The notes under the pieces: generated by a model
Told to the model about the DNA's origin: nothing
Databases searched by the model: none
Seen by the model: the letters and a program-made list of their open reading frames with translations, nothing else
Part shown: one piece after another, positions 45,959-55,953 of the stretch
Position numbering within the stretch: the stretch's first letter is position 1
Layout: every line of letters begins with the position of its first letter
NCBI GenBank assembly: GCA_900553365.1
Contig: USDL01000001.1
Coordinates: 55,967-119,966, forward strand
Length of the DNA stretch: 64,000 bases
Direction of reading: 5' to 3'
Source of the DNA: an uncultured Clostridium sp.
GTDB taxonomy: Bacteria; Bacillota; Clostridia; TANB77; CAG-508
Made by a program: the position numbers and the translations under genes

Positions 45959-45979
45959 AAAAGCTTAGTAAAGCTTTTT
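45958..45979 (-). terminator. Weak AT-rich hairpin after the RNase gene
   Basis: AAAAAGCTT-agta-AAGCTTTTT lies 15 nt after the TAA at 45994. The stem has low GC, so this is tentative. Confidence 0.35.
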
Positions 45980-45993
45980 ATACAATTATTTAA

Positions 45994-47442
45994 TTACAAT
46001 AAAATTTCTGTTGATTTGTTGGCTACAACAACTTTATCTGTCCTATTTCTTTTACTAATAAGCTCCGACAAAGTTTTACTTAGCTCAACTCTGTCTTTCA
46101 TGTTACCATGCTGAAGGACAACTTTACCATAACCGCTAGTTCCAAACCCACCACTATAATAATCGCAAAGCTCATCTCTTTGCATGTGACTTGAAAAACT
46201 ATTTAAGTTAATTACTCTACAACGACTCAGAGTTTGTTTTCCATTAATGGCAATGGTCTTAGTCTTCTTTTGTTTAATTTTCCAAGCCAAAGACCCTTCA
46301 ACAGAATACCCAATAAATGCAATTCCATTCTTAGCACTTGGAAGGAGCTTTTCAGCAATACCTACAGCAAAACCAGCGTTAAGCATTCCTGCACTAGAAA
46401 TAAAAATTGCTGGGTCAGGCTTTACTAAAATCTGCTCAATCTCTTCATAATTATTGATAAATTTAACCTTATCCCATGAAGAAGCTTCAATCCATCTCTT
46501 AAGTTGCTCACCCTCTAAAATTTCATTAAAAATTTTATTAATTTTACAAGTTAAAGGAGACCCAACATAAACAGGAATATTAAAATTCTCATCATCTTTA
46601 AACATTTCGTAAAGAATAGTTAAAATTACTTGACTCCTCATTAAAGAGAAAGAAGGGAAAAGCAACTTTCCTTTTCCATCAATGCAAACATCATACACAA
46701 AAGCTTTAATCTTTTCTAAATCTTTTTCTCTATCTTTTGCTTTAGCACTTTTTTCTTTGCTGGCATAAGTAGATTCACCCACTAACAAATTTGCGTTTTG
46801 AATAGGTTCAAACTTATTTGCATAATAAGTTTCAGTTCTAATATTACCTAAATCACCAGTAAACGCTATTTTACGAGTAACGCTACCATTTTTGATATAT
46901 AGAATCAATTGAGCAGCGCCGATAATATGTCCAGAAGGAATAAACTCAAATGTTACCTCATCGTCTAATTTAATTCTTTGCTTAAAAGGATACTCTTCAA
47001 TATGAGTAAGCATATCTTTTACATCAGACTCTTCATAAATTGGGGAATATTCCCTTTTAAGTTTTCGAGATAAATCTTCAACATCTCTTAACATAATCTT
47101 AGCACTATCTAATTGCAATTCTCGAATTAAATTTTTATTGCCATCAGGCACAATAATTTTTCCATCAAATCCTCTTTTGGTTAAAAGGCTTAAACGACCT
47201 GAATGGTCAACGTGCGAATGAGTCACAAATACATAATCTACATTCTTCTCTTTAAATGTAAATCTTGCACTATTAGCCTGATATTCTTTCAAAAGACTTT
47301 GATTACCTTGTACCAATCCACAATCGACAAGAATTGTTCGTTCTGGCTTTCCCCATGTAATAACTGTACAAGAACCTGTTACATCTTCTGCTGCGCCAGA
47401 ATTTTTAAAACTTACTCTAATCTTGTCTTTGCTTTTACTCAT
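45994..47442 (-). CDS. Metallo-beta-lactamase / beta-CASP family ribonuclease (RNase J / CPSF-like)
   Basis: The 482 aa intact ORF has the HxHxDH motif (THSHVDHSG) and later conserved H/D positions (IPSGHIIG, FTGDLG, SSHMQRDEL). RBS AGGGGG. No TAG codons. Confidence 0.7.
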   Translation of the reverse strand: MSKSKDKIRVSFKNSGAAEDVTGSCTVITWGKPERTILVDCGLVQGNQSLLKEYQANSARFTFKEKNVDYVFVTHSHVDHSGRLSLLTKRGFDGKIIVPDGNKNLIRELQLDSAKIMLRDVEDLSRKLKREYSPIYEESDVKDMLTHIEEYPFKQRIKLDDEVTFEFIPSGHIIGAAQLILYIKNGSVTRKIAFTGDLGNIRTETYYANKFEPIQNANLLVGESTYASKEKSAKAKDREKDLEKIKAFVYDVCIDGKGKLLFPSFSLMRSQVILTILYEMFKDDENFNIPVYVGSPLTCKINKIFNEILEGEQLKRWIEASSWDKVKFINNYEEIEQILVKPDPAIFISSAGMLNAGFAVGIAEKLLPSAKNGIAFIGYSVEGSLAWKIKQKKTKTIAINGKQTLSRCRVINLNSFSSHMQRDELCDYYSGGFGTSGYGKVVLQHGNMKDRVELSKTLSELISKRNRTDKVVVANKSTEILL

Positions 47443-47561
47443 ACTTTACCCCCTACGTTATTATAGGAACTTATATTATATTTCTATAATACAAATAATA
47501 CAATTTTTTTAATTGTAGATTTTTGCCTTGATGTATTTATAACATTATTATTTGTATACAT

Positions 47562-47590
47562 ATAATAACAAATATTAATGTTTCTGTCAA
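47562..47590 (-). promoter_or_regulatory. Sigma70-type promoter (TTGACA-17-TATTAT) for the RNase gene
   Basis: On the minus strand, TTGACA (47590-47585), a 17 nt spacer, then TATTAT (47567-47562). Confidence 0.6.
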
Positions 47591-47719
47591 GGACTTTGAG
47601 AAAAATCTTTGTCAAATAAAATCTTCATCAAAAAGATGCTTTTCAAAATCCTTGATTTTACTGGGAAAAATGCGCCTGTTTTACCAAATAAAATTCACTT
47701 TTTATTCTCTTTCGCGTCT

Positions 47720-47748
47720 AAAAAGAGGATGGGATTAACCCCATCCTC
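47720..47748 (-). terminator. Rho-independent terminator
   Basis: In the minus-strand RNA, GAGGATGGG-guuaau-CCCATCCTC is followed by UUUUU, 14 nt after the TAA at 47762. Confidence 0.8.
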
Positions 47749-47761
47749 AGTTTATTTGTCA

Positions 47762-48133
47762 TTACTTACTCTTCTGTAAATCTTTGTACCAAGAAGGTAA
47801 TTCAAATTCAACAGTCTCACCAATAGAGTATTTACCAAAATTATTCATCGTAAGACCTTTCCCATTTTCAAGAATTACCCAAGCAGAAGTCTTCCACTTA
47901 CTATGTACAATCCCTCTTGCCCAACCTTCTTTTAATTTTGACTTTTCGGCAATAGGCTTAACTTCTTCTTCAGCGACACTTTCTAACTCCTGCTTAACAG
48001 ACTCAACAATTTCTTCTTTTACAATTCCCTTGTTGTGCTTGTTTTTGTCATACTTCTTATATTGAATCTGCTTCTCCTTGTTTTCTTTCTTAGGAGAAAC
48101 TTCAATATCAAAAGCGCTGTTCATTTCATCCAT
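47762..48133 (-). CDS. Hypothetical Lys/Glu-rich protein (123 aa)
   Basis: Intact ATG ORF with RBS GAGAGGAG. It lies downstream of the major tail gene. No TAG codons. Confidence 0.5.
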   Translation of the reverse strand: MDEMNSAFDIEVSPKKENKEKQIQYKKYDKNKHNKGIVKEEIVESVKQELESVAEEEVKPIAEKSKLKEGWARGIVHSKWKTSAWVILENGKGLTMNNFGKYSIGETVEFELPSWYKDLQKSK

Positions 48134-48293
48134 TTCTTAATCTCCTCTCACAGCTCGTCATGGCAGGAGAATTTTCCCATGCACACTTCTAATGACAATA
48201 TTTTTGATAAGGACAGAGCCGATGAGGTTCTTTCCCATCGACTCTGCACGTTATTCTTCCACCATTTTCCTGCTGTGCATTACTGCAAAGCAT
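48126..48293 (-). CDS. Candidate small cysteine-rich protein (55 aa)
   Basis: ATG 48291-48293 lies 9 nt after GGAGA. Hand translation: MLCSNAQQENGGRITCRVDGKEPHRLCPYQKYCH-x-KCAWENSPAMTSCERRLRNG, with one TAG. The TGA overlaps the next start (ATGGATGA). The same region could instead be a structured RNA. Confidence 0.4.
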
Positions 48294-48322
48294 TTATTTT
48301 AATCTCCTGTTCGTTAATTAAA

Positions 48323-49357
48323 TTAAGCAACAGTAATATTCATAGTGTCGGAAAGCTTATCATTAGGGACAAACTTAACAGTAACGACACTAGTATCCAC
48401 AACGGTAACGACACCATTAGCATAAGTGCTAGCACCAGTGGTAACAGCAACCGTATACTGGTCAGGATTCAACTTAATAGGAGCACCATCAACAGGGCAA
48501 GCATAGACGTTAAGTTCAATCTTATCGCCAGCCTTTGCGGTCTGGTTTTTATCCTCAATAACAATGCTAACGAACATGTCAGCGGCGGTCTTGTTTTCAA
48601 GAACCTGAACGATTTCAGCATAAACGCCGTCGCCGTCGCAACCAGCACAACCAGAAGCAAGAGCAGAACCTTCAATAGAAGTGTTAGAAACACCAGAAGC
48701 GCTCATGCTGAGTTCTTGAGAACCGTTGAGCATGAAACGAGAAACCTTGATGATAACCTTACCAGCGAGGGTAGAGGTCTCAACATCACAAGAACCACCG
48801 TTGTAAAGATTAGCCTCAAGAATGCAAGTCAGAGTCTTAGGAATGAAGTTAGCGCTAATGGTAATCTTAGAAGCAATATCATTATGATACATATAACGAA
48901 CACAAACTTCGGCATCCTTCATTGCCTCACCAAGAGAAACTTCATTTACACCATCGCCAGCAACAGCATAACGCTGATAGCCTTCGTCGGTGCCAGACTT
49001 CTTAATATAAGCATAAACATTAGTATTACCAACCATAGGAACAGCCTTATAAGACAAAGTAACCTTACCAGTAGCATCAGCAGTGAGCTTCTCGTCTTTC
49101 ATAGCGTCACCACCGAGTTCAACCTCAGAACCAGTATTCATGGCAAGATACTCAAGAGAGAACATGGCATCGGTCAGCTTGAGGTCAAAAGTAGAAGTAT
49201 GCGCATAACGACCGTAAAGTTTATTCCGCATTCCTGCGCGAAGGTCTTCGAACGAAATTCCTATAGTGATACTGGAATCAATTAAGGTATTGGCAGTAGC
49301 GACAAGGCGTTCGCCATCAAGAAGAGTGGCACGGCCTACACCAGCTAAAAATAACAT
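48323..49357 (-). CDS. Major tail (tube) protein with a C-terminal Ig-like domain (putative)
   Basis: The 344 aa intact ORF shows a strong shift towards GC-ending, highly-expressed-type codons. A beta-rich, Ig-like C-terminus reads ...VTVVDTSVVTVKFVPNDKLSDTMNITVA. No TAG codons. Confidence 0.5.
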   Translation of the reverse strand: MLFLAGVGRATLLDGERLVATANTLIDSSITIGISFEDLRAGMRNKLYGRYAHTSTFDLKLTDAMFSLEYLAMNTGSEVELGGDAMKDEKLTADATGKVTLSYKAVPMVGNTNVYAYIKKSGTDEGYQRYAVAGDGVNEVSLGEAMKDAEVCVRYMYHNDIASKITISANFIPKTLTCILEANLYNGGSCDVETSTLAGKVIIKVSRFMLNGSQELSMSASGVSNTSIEGSALASGCAGCDGDGVYAEIVQVLENKTAADMFVSIVIEDKNQTAKAGDKIELNVYACPVDGAPIKLNPDQYTVAVTTGASTYANGVVTVVDTSVVTVKFVPNDKLSDTMNITVA

Positions 49358-49371
49358 AATATATATCCTCC

Positions 49372-50394
49372 TTATTTATTTATTCTTTCCTTTTCTTTAA
49401 AAGGTTTTACATCATTTCTTTGTAAAATTTTATACAAAGTATTATTAGATATCTTGTATCTTTCACAAATTTCTTTGTTATCAACACAAGATAAATAAGC
49501 ATTTATTATTTCTGTTTCTTGAGTTTTAATTCTTCTTTGTTTTTGCCCTTTAGTTTCTATGGAGTAGTCCCTAATAGATAAAAATTCTTGATATTTTTGA
49601 TATTTTCTTTCTAAATATAAAGTACTATCTTTGTATATCCAGTCTAAAAATATTTTAATATCTTCCTATCTATTAATTTTTAAATGAGCACAATTCTCCT
49701 TATTTTGATAATAAACTATATTAACAGAAAGATTTTGCTCTATGACTTCTTTTAATTCTTTTAAGAAAATAGGATGCCCAGCTATTTCTGTCATTCCTCT
49801 TGCTCTTCCTTTGTAAGTTATACTTACACATCCATCCCCATCAAACACCCGTCGAATATAATCTCTTAAATATTCTTTTGGAATATAATCTGGAAAATGT
49901 AAACAATAAGTTTTTCTTTCTGGTAAACCAAGGTCTTCTATTTTCTAACAAAAATATTTATTAGTTAATCTCAAAGAGCACTAAAAATTTTCGCCTCTAC
50001 TTTTTGTCGCTTTTTCATAAACGTCATAAATGGGTCTATTACTTTTTAATAGCTTTTTAAATTTTTCTAATAACTCCTAATCTCTTTTTTGTAATTTAAT
50101 CTAAATATAATTATATTTTTTTAAATTACAGCCATCGGCAGCAAAGAAACCCAAGAAATAAAATTTTTCAGGACTGTCTAATTTATCTAGCCAATGTTCA
50201 TTAAAAGTATACGGAGAAGCTTGATTAGCATCATAAATAGGGTCGTTTGATTTTCTCATTTCAACCCGTTTCTTTTTAAGATAATTTCTAACTGCAACAT
50301 CACTCATTCCATATCTTTCAGCTAACTAATCAGCCGAAAGACCACTAAGATAATCTTCAATTACAGAAGTACCATCTAATTTAGATTTGCCCAT
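49372..50394 (-). CDS. Free-standing double-motif LAGLIDADG homing endonuclease with N- and C-terminal HTH regions
   Basis: Motif 1 is YFLGFFAADGC and motif 2 is IRRVFDGDGC. The fragments join in frame through six TAG codons. ATG 50392-50394 follows GGAAAGGAG. TAA 49372-49374 lies in the RBS of the major tail gene. Confidence 0.8.
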
Positions 50395-50414
50395 AGCAAC
50401 TCCTTTCCTTTTAA

Positions 50415-51422
50415 TTATGTAACAGAAGCAAACTTCTTTTGGAAATCATTCATCGTCATAATTTCCTTAGACATATCCTTCTTGTTATCAGTAAATATCC
50501 AATGGTGAATGTCTCCATCCTTAAACTAAACCATCCGAGACATAGCACCCTAAATCTAAGCATAATAATACCCCTTAGCATCAATGGTTTTTAGCATTAA
50601 AGAAAGTTTTCTCAAACTTACTTGTTCTTTTAACATCTCCATAGTGTATGGAGAACTAATGGATATACAGACAAGCTATTTTTCCAAGCTTGGAGATGTG
50701 TAATTCTTGTTCTGCATCCTCGCCTTTAATTCCATTTCTTCTCTTAAATTGGGGTCGATATACCTATCTCCATCGTAATCCAAAATATTTTGGTGTGTAA
50801 TAATAGCTATAAATTCATCAAGTTCTTTTGGTTCTAAAACTATATCGTATATATATAATTTTTTCATGCCATTAGCACCCGTTTGAATTCCATAGATATC
50901 TCTCATTTTGCTCTTACATTCTGGACATATAACATAATTATTAATAAACTCAAGAGCTTTAACTTTCTTTTCAGTTTCGCTTAAATTATCAGGTAATGTT
51001 TCTTGGAATTTAGCATATTCTTTGATAACTTCAAACTAAGTTCGTTTGAATCCACAATGAGGACAAAACAAACCATTTTTTTCATGGAGCACAAGTTCAA
51101 ACATATTAATTACCTAAGAAGTAACCATAGGTCCATATTCTTGATTTTCCATGTTCTATATTAAATATGCCATATAAGACATACCAATACCTTCGGGATT
51201 AGCCACTTTTTTAGTGGTTTCTATTCCATTTTCATCTACAATTTTTATTTCTTTAATATTTTTATCTTGAGTAAAACAAGATAAATTAGCATAAAAATTA
51301 TAGTAATCTTTCGTTAAAACTGGATAAATTAACAAGCCTTTAAATGGCACTGGTAAATCCAGACCGAAATAGGCTTGTTCGTACATTTCCATTTTAGCTT
51401 GTAACTCTTTAGATATTGCCAA
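50415..51422 (-). CDS. Hypothetical protein with a zinc ribbon (CPHCG...CPEC), 335 aa
   Basis: ORFs 51156-51422 and 50676-50906 plus the gaps join in frame through seven TAG codons. A TTG start follows directly after the upstream TAA. Stop is TAA at 50415-50417. Confidence 0.5.
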
Positions 51423-52079
51423 TTAAGACACCCCACTCATATAGCATCCTAATACAACTTTAATTCCTTCAAAATTTCTGTTGTTCCAAATTCCATATTG
51501 AGCCTATTGGAATCTACTCATCATTGTTGAAAACTCTAAATTACCAACACCCTGCACATGAGCGCCATTGAGCAAAAACAAAACAGCTTTTAACAAAGTA
51601 GAAACACGACTTTTTCCAGTAATAGGAATTTCAACCCCATCAACCGTATCAACAGGATAAGTTTTATCATCATCACTTGGATTGATATTAATACATTTAT
51701 TATGTGTAATTATATCAATTCCAAAGTTAACAACAGCTTTGTATCTATCTGTAGGAATAATTTGGTCGATATAAATTTTTAATAACGTACTTTCAACCGT
51801 CCAAGCATCTTCAAAATGAGGACTTCTAAAAATACGTTTGTCGGTTTGTGTTATATCATCAGAACATATCAAAGAAGTAATCTATTGATATGTAGGCAAT
51901 TCTCTATTAAGAGCATCTGCATCATTATAATATAAAAGTTTCCAAATAATATGAGTTTGTTCTAATTCTTCAGGAGTTTTTTTATTGGGAGATAATAAAT
52001 AATAAATTATTCTATCTTCTACTCCATCTAAATTTACAAAACGGTTAAATGCAGATGGTGCATAACTACTATCTAACAT
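51423..52079 (-). CDS. Hypothetical structural-module protein (218 aa)
   Basis: ORFs 51882-52079 and 51504-51872 join through TAG at 51882 and 51504. The ATG overlaps the upstream TAA (TAATG). Confidence 0.5.
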
Positions 52080-53302
52080 TAATAAAAACCTCCCAATTTA
52101 AAACTAAAAGTCTCACTAATAGTAACCCCTGCAACATCAGGGTCGATACAAGTGGCAATTACATCTAATGTACCTCTATTGCAAGCTTTTAAATTTTTAA
52201 TCTTAAAGGTGTTATCACCAGTTTGTTCAAATTCATAATATTTGGACCAATTTTCTTCTTTTATACCATTTAAAACAACTTTGTACTCGAAGTGAGTGGA
52301 AAGTGTACCACCTTTGAAACTTAATTCAGTTTCACATTCTTTGCTATTGCCAAGAATTATTTTATAATCATCACAATCTTTAAGAGTAATATGATACTCC
52401 TCATCGTGAAGGTCTTCCTTTTTTGGAATAAGATATAAAGGAGCATTATTAGCGACACGTGTTACAGCATCGTCATTAGCACCCCATAAATCTTTATCCA
52501 ACGCCAAGACCACGAAAGGTATATCTTCTAATCCAGTAAAACCACTTTTTGCAAAAGTTTTGGTGGATGTACTCTTTATAACAGCTTTAACTTTATATAT
52601 AGCATTATTTTCAATGTCGTTCTAATCTGTACCACCAAGAATAACTCGGCTATTAATTTTAACAGCATTTGAAAAATAATTTAATTGCATTGTGACATAC
52701 CACTCAGCTTGAGGTATTACCAAAGTTTTATTATAATACTGGTTCATATATTTCAATTCGTTTTCCAGTACAATAGGCTCATACCTTATTTCAGTGGCAT
52801 CTGTTTGACTGTTTGTTGAAGACCCAAGTAATGCAATATTAGCATTACATCTACGAATTACGCAAGAATTCCGTGGATTTATAGGAGAATTATTTATAGC
52901 AATCCAAACACTCGTATTATAATGTTTTTCTTCTTCTGTCATAACGCTTAAATCCTGAAATTCCAAAGAAAAGCGATATCTTTTTCCAAGAGGATTGGGA
53001 TATTTTAAATCTCTAAAAGAAATTTCTGCCCAATCTGTACCCAAATCTTCACCACGTTCACCCTTAACATTTCTTATAACAACAGTCTCAAGAGGTGTAT
53101 ATTCAGGCATTTTGGTTGTGTATTCAATTTGTCGGTCTTTTTCTTCTTCTATGTCAACAGTATTATATCTATACTCCCAATCCTAATTGCGTTTATGTTG
53201 CAGATTTTGAATGTAATAATTATCTCCAACCATGTTATGCTTTAAACGAGCTTTGAGCATGATACTGCTATCAACAATATCGGTAGTATTTAAAATCGCC
53301 AT
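52079..53302 (-). CDS. Hypothetical structural-module protein (407 aa)
   Basis: ORFs 52622-53110 and 52079-52513 plus an upstream extension join through two TAG codons. ATG at 53300-53302. Confidence 0.5.
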
Positions 53303-53319
53303 TTTAATCCATAATCTCC

Positions 53320-53655
53320 TTAACCTTCGTTTTTGTATTTCTTTAATAAATACTCTGCATAATTGATTGATTCAAATATTAACTTCTTAATCTGTCCTTT
53401 ATCTAATTGATTCGTTAAAATAGCATTGATATTAATTATAATACTTACTAATTCACCATCAAAAAGAATATTACTTGACGAAACATACATCATTATTCCA
53501 CCACAATACACACGGTAATTATAAGTGGAATCGGGTTCTTGAGATTTGTCATATACATAAAGAACTTTCTTCAATTTTGAAACTATTTCTTCTAAGCATA
53601 TAATTTTCTCATTAATAGATAAAACTACTTTGAAGTTCTTTTCGTCTTTATCCAT
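53320..53655 (-). CDS. Hypothetical protein (111 aa), head-tail joining region
   Basis: Intact ATG ORF with no TAG codons. Confidence 0.45.
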   Translation of the reverse strand: MDKDEKNFKVVLSINEKIICLEEIVSKLKKVLYVYDKSQEPDSTYNYRVYCGGIMMYVSSSNILFDGELVSIIININAILTNQLDKGQIKKLIFESINYAEYLLKKYKNEG

Positions 53656-53657
53656 CT

Positions 53658-54365
53658 TTACCCCCTTCCTATAAACTTACTACCACCCATAAAACGGATT
53701 TGCCACGCAAGTCTATTTTGATAATTGTATATTTCTGAATCAAGTTGGTCTACCCATTCGTTTTTTGCTTTTAAGATACGGTCATTAGACATAATCTTGA
53801 AATCGCTGTCTTGCATTAAATTGCGAATATCTAATAACAAATTGCGCTCTTCTTCTCCCCATGCTTTTACAAGCAAACGAGCAAGAATATCTTTAACATA
53901 ACCTACCACTAAACTTGTACCATTTACATTTTTATTAGTTAAGCCTTCAAAATTGTCAGTAAATTCACCAACATAATATTGCTCAACTGCATATTGCTTG
54001 CCTTCAGGTAACACATCAGGGAATTCTACAGTGTGAGCTTCTTTATCAATCGAGCCTTGCACCAATAATTCTCCCTCAATATAATTATATACTGAATTAT
54101 CCTGAATCTCAAACTCAGGGTCAAGTTCGAATTTATTATTCTTACCATCCCCTTCAAAAACTTGCATGATACCTTTTGGTTCTTTATATTGAGATAAACG
54201 TAAAGAAACGCTTAGAGGGTTGTTAAACATAGATATTGCATTTTGCAAATAGGTGTACATTATCTTATTAAATTGCAAAGGATTAGTCTCATACGCTGTC
54301 GTAATCCTTGGGTCATCAAATAAGGCTATTGCTTTTCGATAGACATCACTAAACAAAATGCCCAT
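53658..54365 (-). CDS. Hypothetical protein (235 aa), head completion/connector position
   Basis: Intact ATG ORF with RBS AAGGAGGG and no TAG codons. Confidence 0.45.
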   Translation of the reverse strand: MGILFSDVYRKAIALFDDPRITTAYETNPLQFNKIMYTYLQNAISMFNNPLSVSLRLSQYKEPKGIMQVFEGDGKNNKFELDPEFEIQDNSVYNYIEGELLVQGSIDKEAHTVEFPDVLPEGKQYAVEQYYVGEFTDNFEGLTNKNVNGTSLVVGYVKDILARLLVKAWGEEERNLLLDIRNLMQDSDFKIMSNDRILKAKNEWVDQLDSEIYNYQNRLAWQIRFMGGSKFIGRG

Positions 54366-54384
54366 TTAAACCCTCCTTATTTGT

Positions 54385-55233
54385 TTAATGTCTTATTGAA
54401 TCAAAATTCATTTGAGCCAACAGATTGTCAAAAACACCCTTGTTAGAAATTCTGTTCAGAAGCTCAACTTTACTTCTAACACGATATTTAGCATCATTTT
54501 CATAGCACTTTCCAAGCCAATAAGAACAAATAAAGTCTTTATCAGCTTCAGTCAAAGAATTCATGTAATCCTCAAGTTCACGCTCACTCTTCTTGTAAAT
54601 ATTTACGAGGTCTCCCTTCGTAACAACAGCATGACCCTCTCTCTTTAAACAGGAAACATTATAGCGTTCCGCAACATCAGCGAATTCGGGAGCCAAAAGA
54701 ATAATTTCTTTATCGAACCACTTACGATATTTGGAAACACATTCCTCAAACTGTTGCCAACTAAGAACACGCTGTTCTCCGAGAGTATGGAAATTAATAG
54801 TCAAACCAGTAAGCTGAATAGCGGTTGAAAGACCACCAAGCAATTCACGATTATGAACAATAACAATTTCCTTGTCACTCTTTCTATTACCAAGAATTTC
54901 CAGAAGTCTTTCTGTTGTATTAGAAGTATTATCCTGTACTTCTTTTGCCTTAAAAGAACTTTCTGTGTCGCCCTCTTTATTATCCAAAGTAGATTCTTTG
55001 ATTGCTTCTGCCAACTTTTCATTCTTTACTTTCTCTTCCTTGAGTTCACTACTCAAAGATTCAATCGTAGACTGGAACTTTGCCATCATAACTTGAATAT
55101 CTTCTAACGAGATAGAAGACTGAGTAGCAGAAGACTCCTTAACAGAAGTCTCCGCATTCTCAGCAATTTGTTCCTTATTAGTTTCGTTTACAACTTCTTC
55201 TGTATTTTTAATAGTTTTCTTATTTACAGCCAT
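54385..55233 (-). CDS. Hypothetical protein (282 aa) downstream of the capsid gene
   Basis: Intact ATG ORF with RBS AAAGGAGA and no TAG codons. Confidence 0.45.
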   Translation of the reverse strand: MAVNKKTIKNTEEVVNETNKEQIAENAETSVKESSATQSSISLEDIQVMMAKFQSTIESLSSELKEEKVKNEKLAEAIKESTLDNKEGDTESSFKAKEVQDNTSNTTERLLEILGNRKSDKEIVIVHNRELLGGLSTAIQLTGLTINFHTLGEQRVLSWQQFEECVSKYRKWFDKEIILLAPEFADVAERYNVSCLKREGHAVVTKGDLVNIYKKSERELEDYMNSLTEADKDFICSYWLGKCYENDAKYRVRSKVELLNRISNKGVFDNLLAQMNFDSIRH

Positions 55234-55341
55234 TTTTTACAATCTCCTTTTAAACCTTTTAAACATATCTGGAGCAACCAGAATTTACGAAATTAACTAA
55301 TTATTATAATTAATTACTTATAATTAGATTATAATTTGATA

Positions 55342-55953
55342 TTAGTTAAGAGTAATAGCACCAATCTTGCTACCTACAATAGCGTCCATACCCATACGCA
55401 TGTCAACGGTGAAACCGTAAGTATGGTCAGCAGCAAACAAGGGGTCCTTCTCAACAGAAACGGTATTACCCTCCATGACAACCTTGATAGGCTTATTCAT
55501 GCCAAGAGGAAGCATATAAATAATATCGTCGGGAAGAACGACTTCAGGCTCACCATTGATGGTGTTAGGAACAAGAGCATTACCCAGTTCAATCATAGGA
55601 ACATTCTTGTAATCAGGCAGGAAGCCATCTCTAACAATAGCGCTATCCTCACCATAACGGAAACCCTTTGCACTGTCAGGAAGGACAGAAGCGAGAGCAA
55701 TAGAAGTACCAAGAGCATAAACATCAGCACCGCCATTAGCAAGTTTTACCAAACGTGCAACTTTGAGCCAGTTTTCATCAGTAAGACCGTTAGCCATATA
55801 GCCAGCGATACCATCCTGATTGTTAGTAGCAACGTCAGTGTTATTGGTAATAATAGAAGCCATTACCTTAGCAAGACGAGCCTGAATATAAGCGGCAAAA
55901 GAAGCACCAATCTTCTGGAGAAGCTTACCCCAATCTTGGCGGCCCGATGCCAC
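55342..55953 (-). CDS. Major capsid protein, exon 2 (5' boundary approximate)
   Basis: It has the same GC-ending codon style as exon 1. The ORF lacks its own RBS or ATG. It lies directly after the intron-encoded endonuclease. Stop is TAA at 55342. Confidence 0.6.
   Translation of the reverse strand: MASGRQDWGKLLQKIGASFAAYIQARLAKVMASIITNNTDVATNNQDGIAGYMANGLTDENWLKVARLVKLANGGADVYALGTSIALASVLPDSAKGFRYGEDSAIVRDGFLPDYKNVPMIELGNALVPNTINGEPEVVLPDDIIYMLPLGMNKPIKVVMEGNTVSVEKDPLFAADHTYGFTVDMRMGMDAIVGSKIGAITLN

Noticed and set aside
48195-48225. A hammerhead-like CCGATGAG...CGA segment on the plus strand.
   Set aside because: The conserved CUGAUGA box is not matched (C in place of the invariant U). 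It is on the untranscribed strand, and the region is better explained as a small ORF or leader structure.
48035-49285. Long plus-strand ORFs opposite strongly expressed minus-strand genes (48035-49285, 58016-58561, 55336-56007, 16895-17620, 59063-59851).
   Set aside because: These are shadow ORFs created by the codon bias of the real minus-strand genes. Their products are low-complexity and Ser/Asn/Ile-rich. They have no RBS, and every neighbouring gene is on the other strand.
55234-55341. AT-rich palindromes after the capsid gene stop, considered as a possible terminator.
   Set aside because: The stems are almost purely A-T (CTAATTAT/ATAATTAG) with no convincing GC core or U tract, so they are too weak to call.
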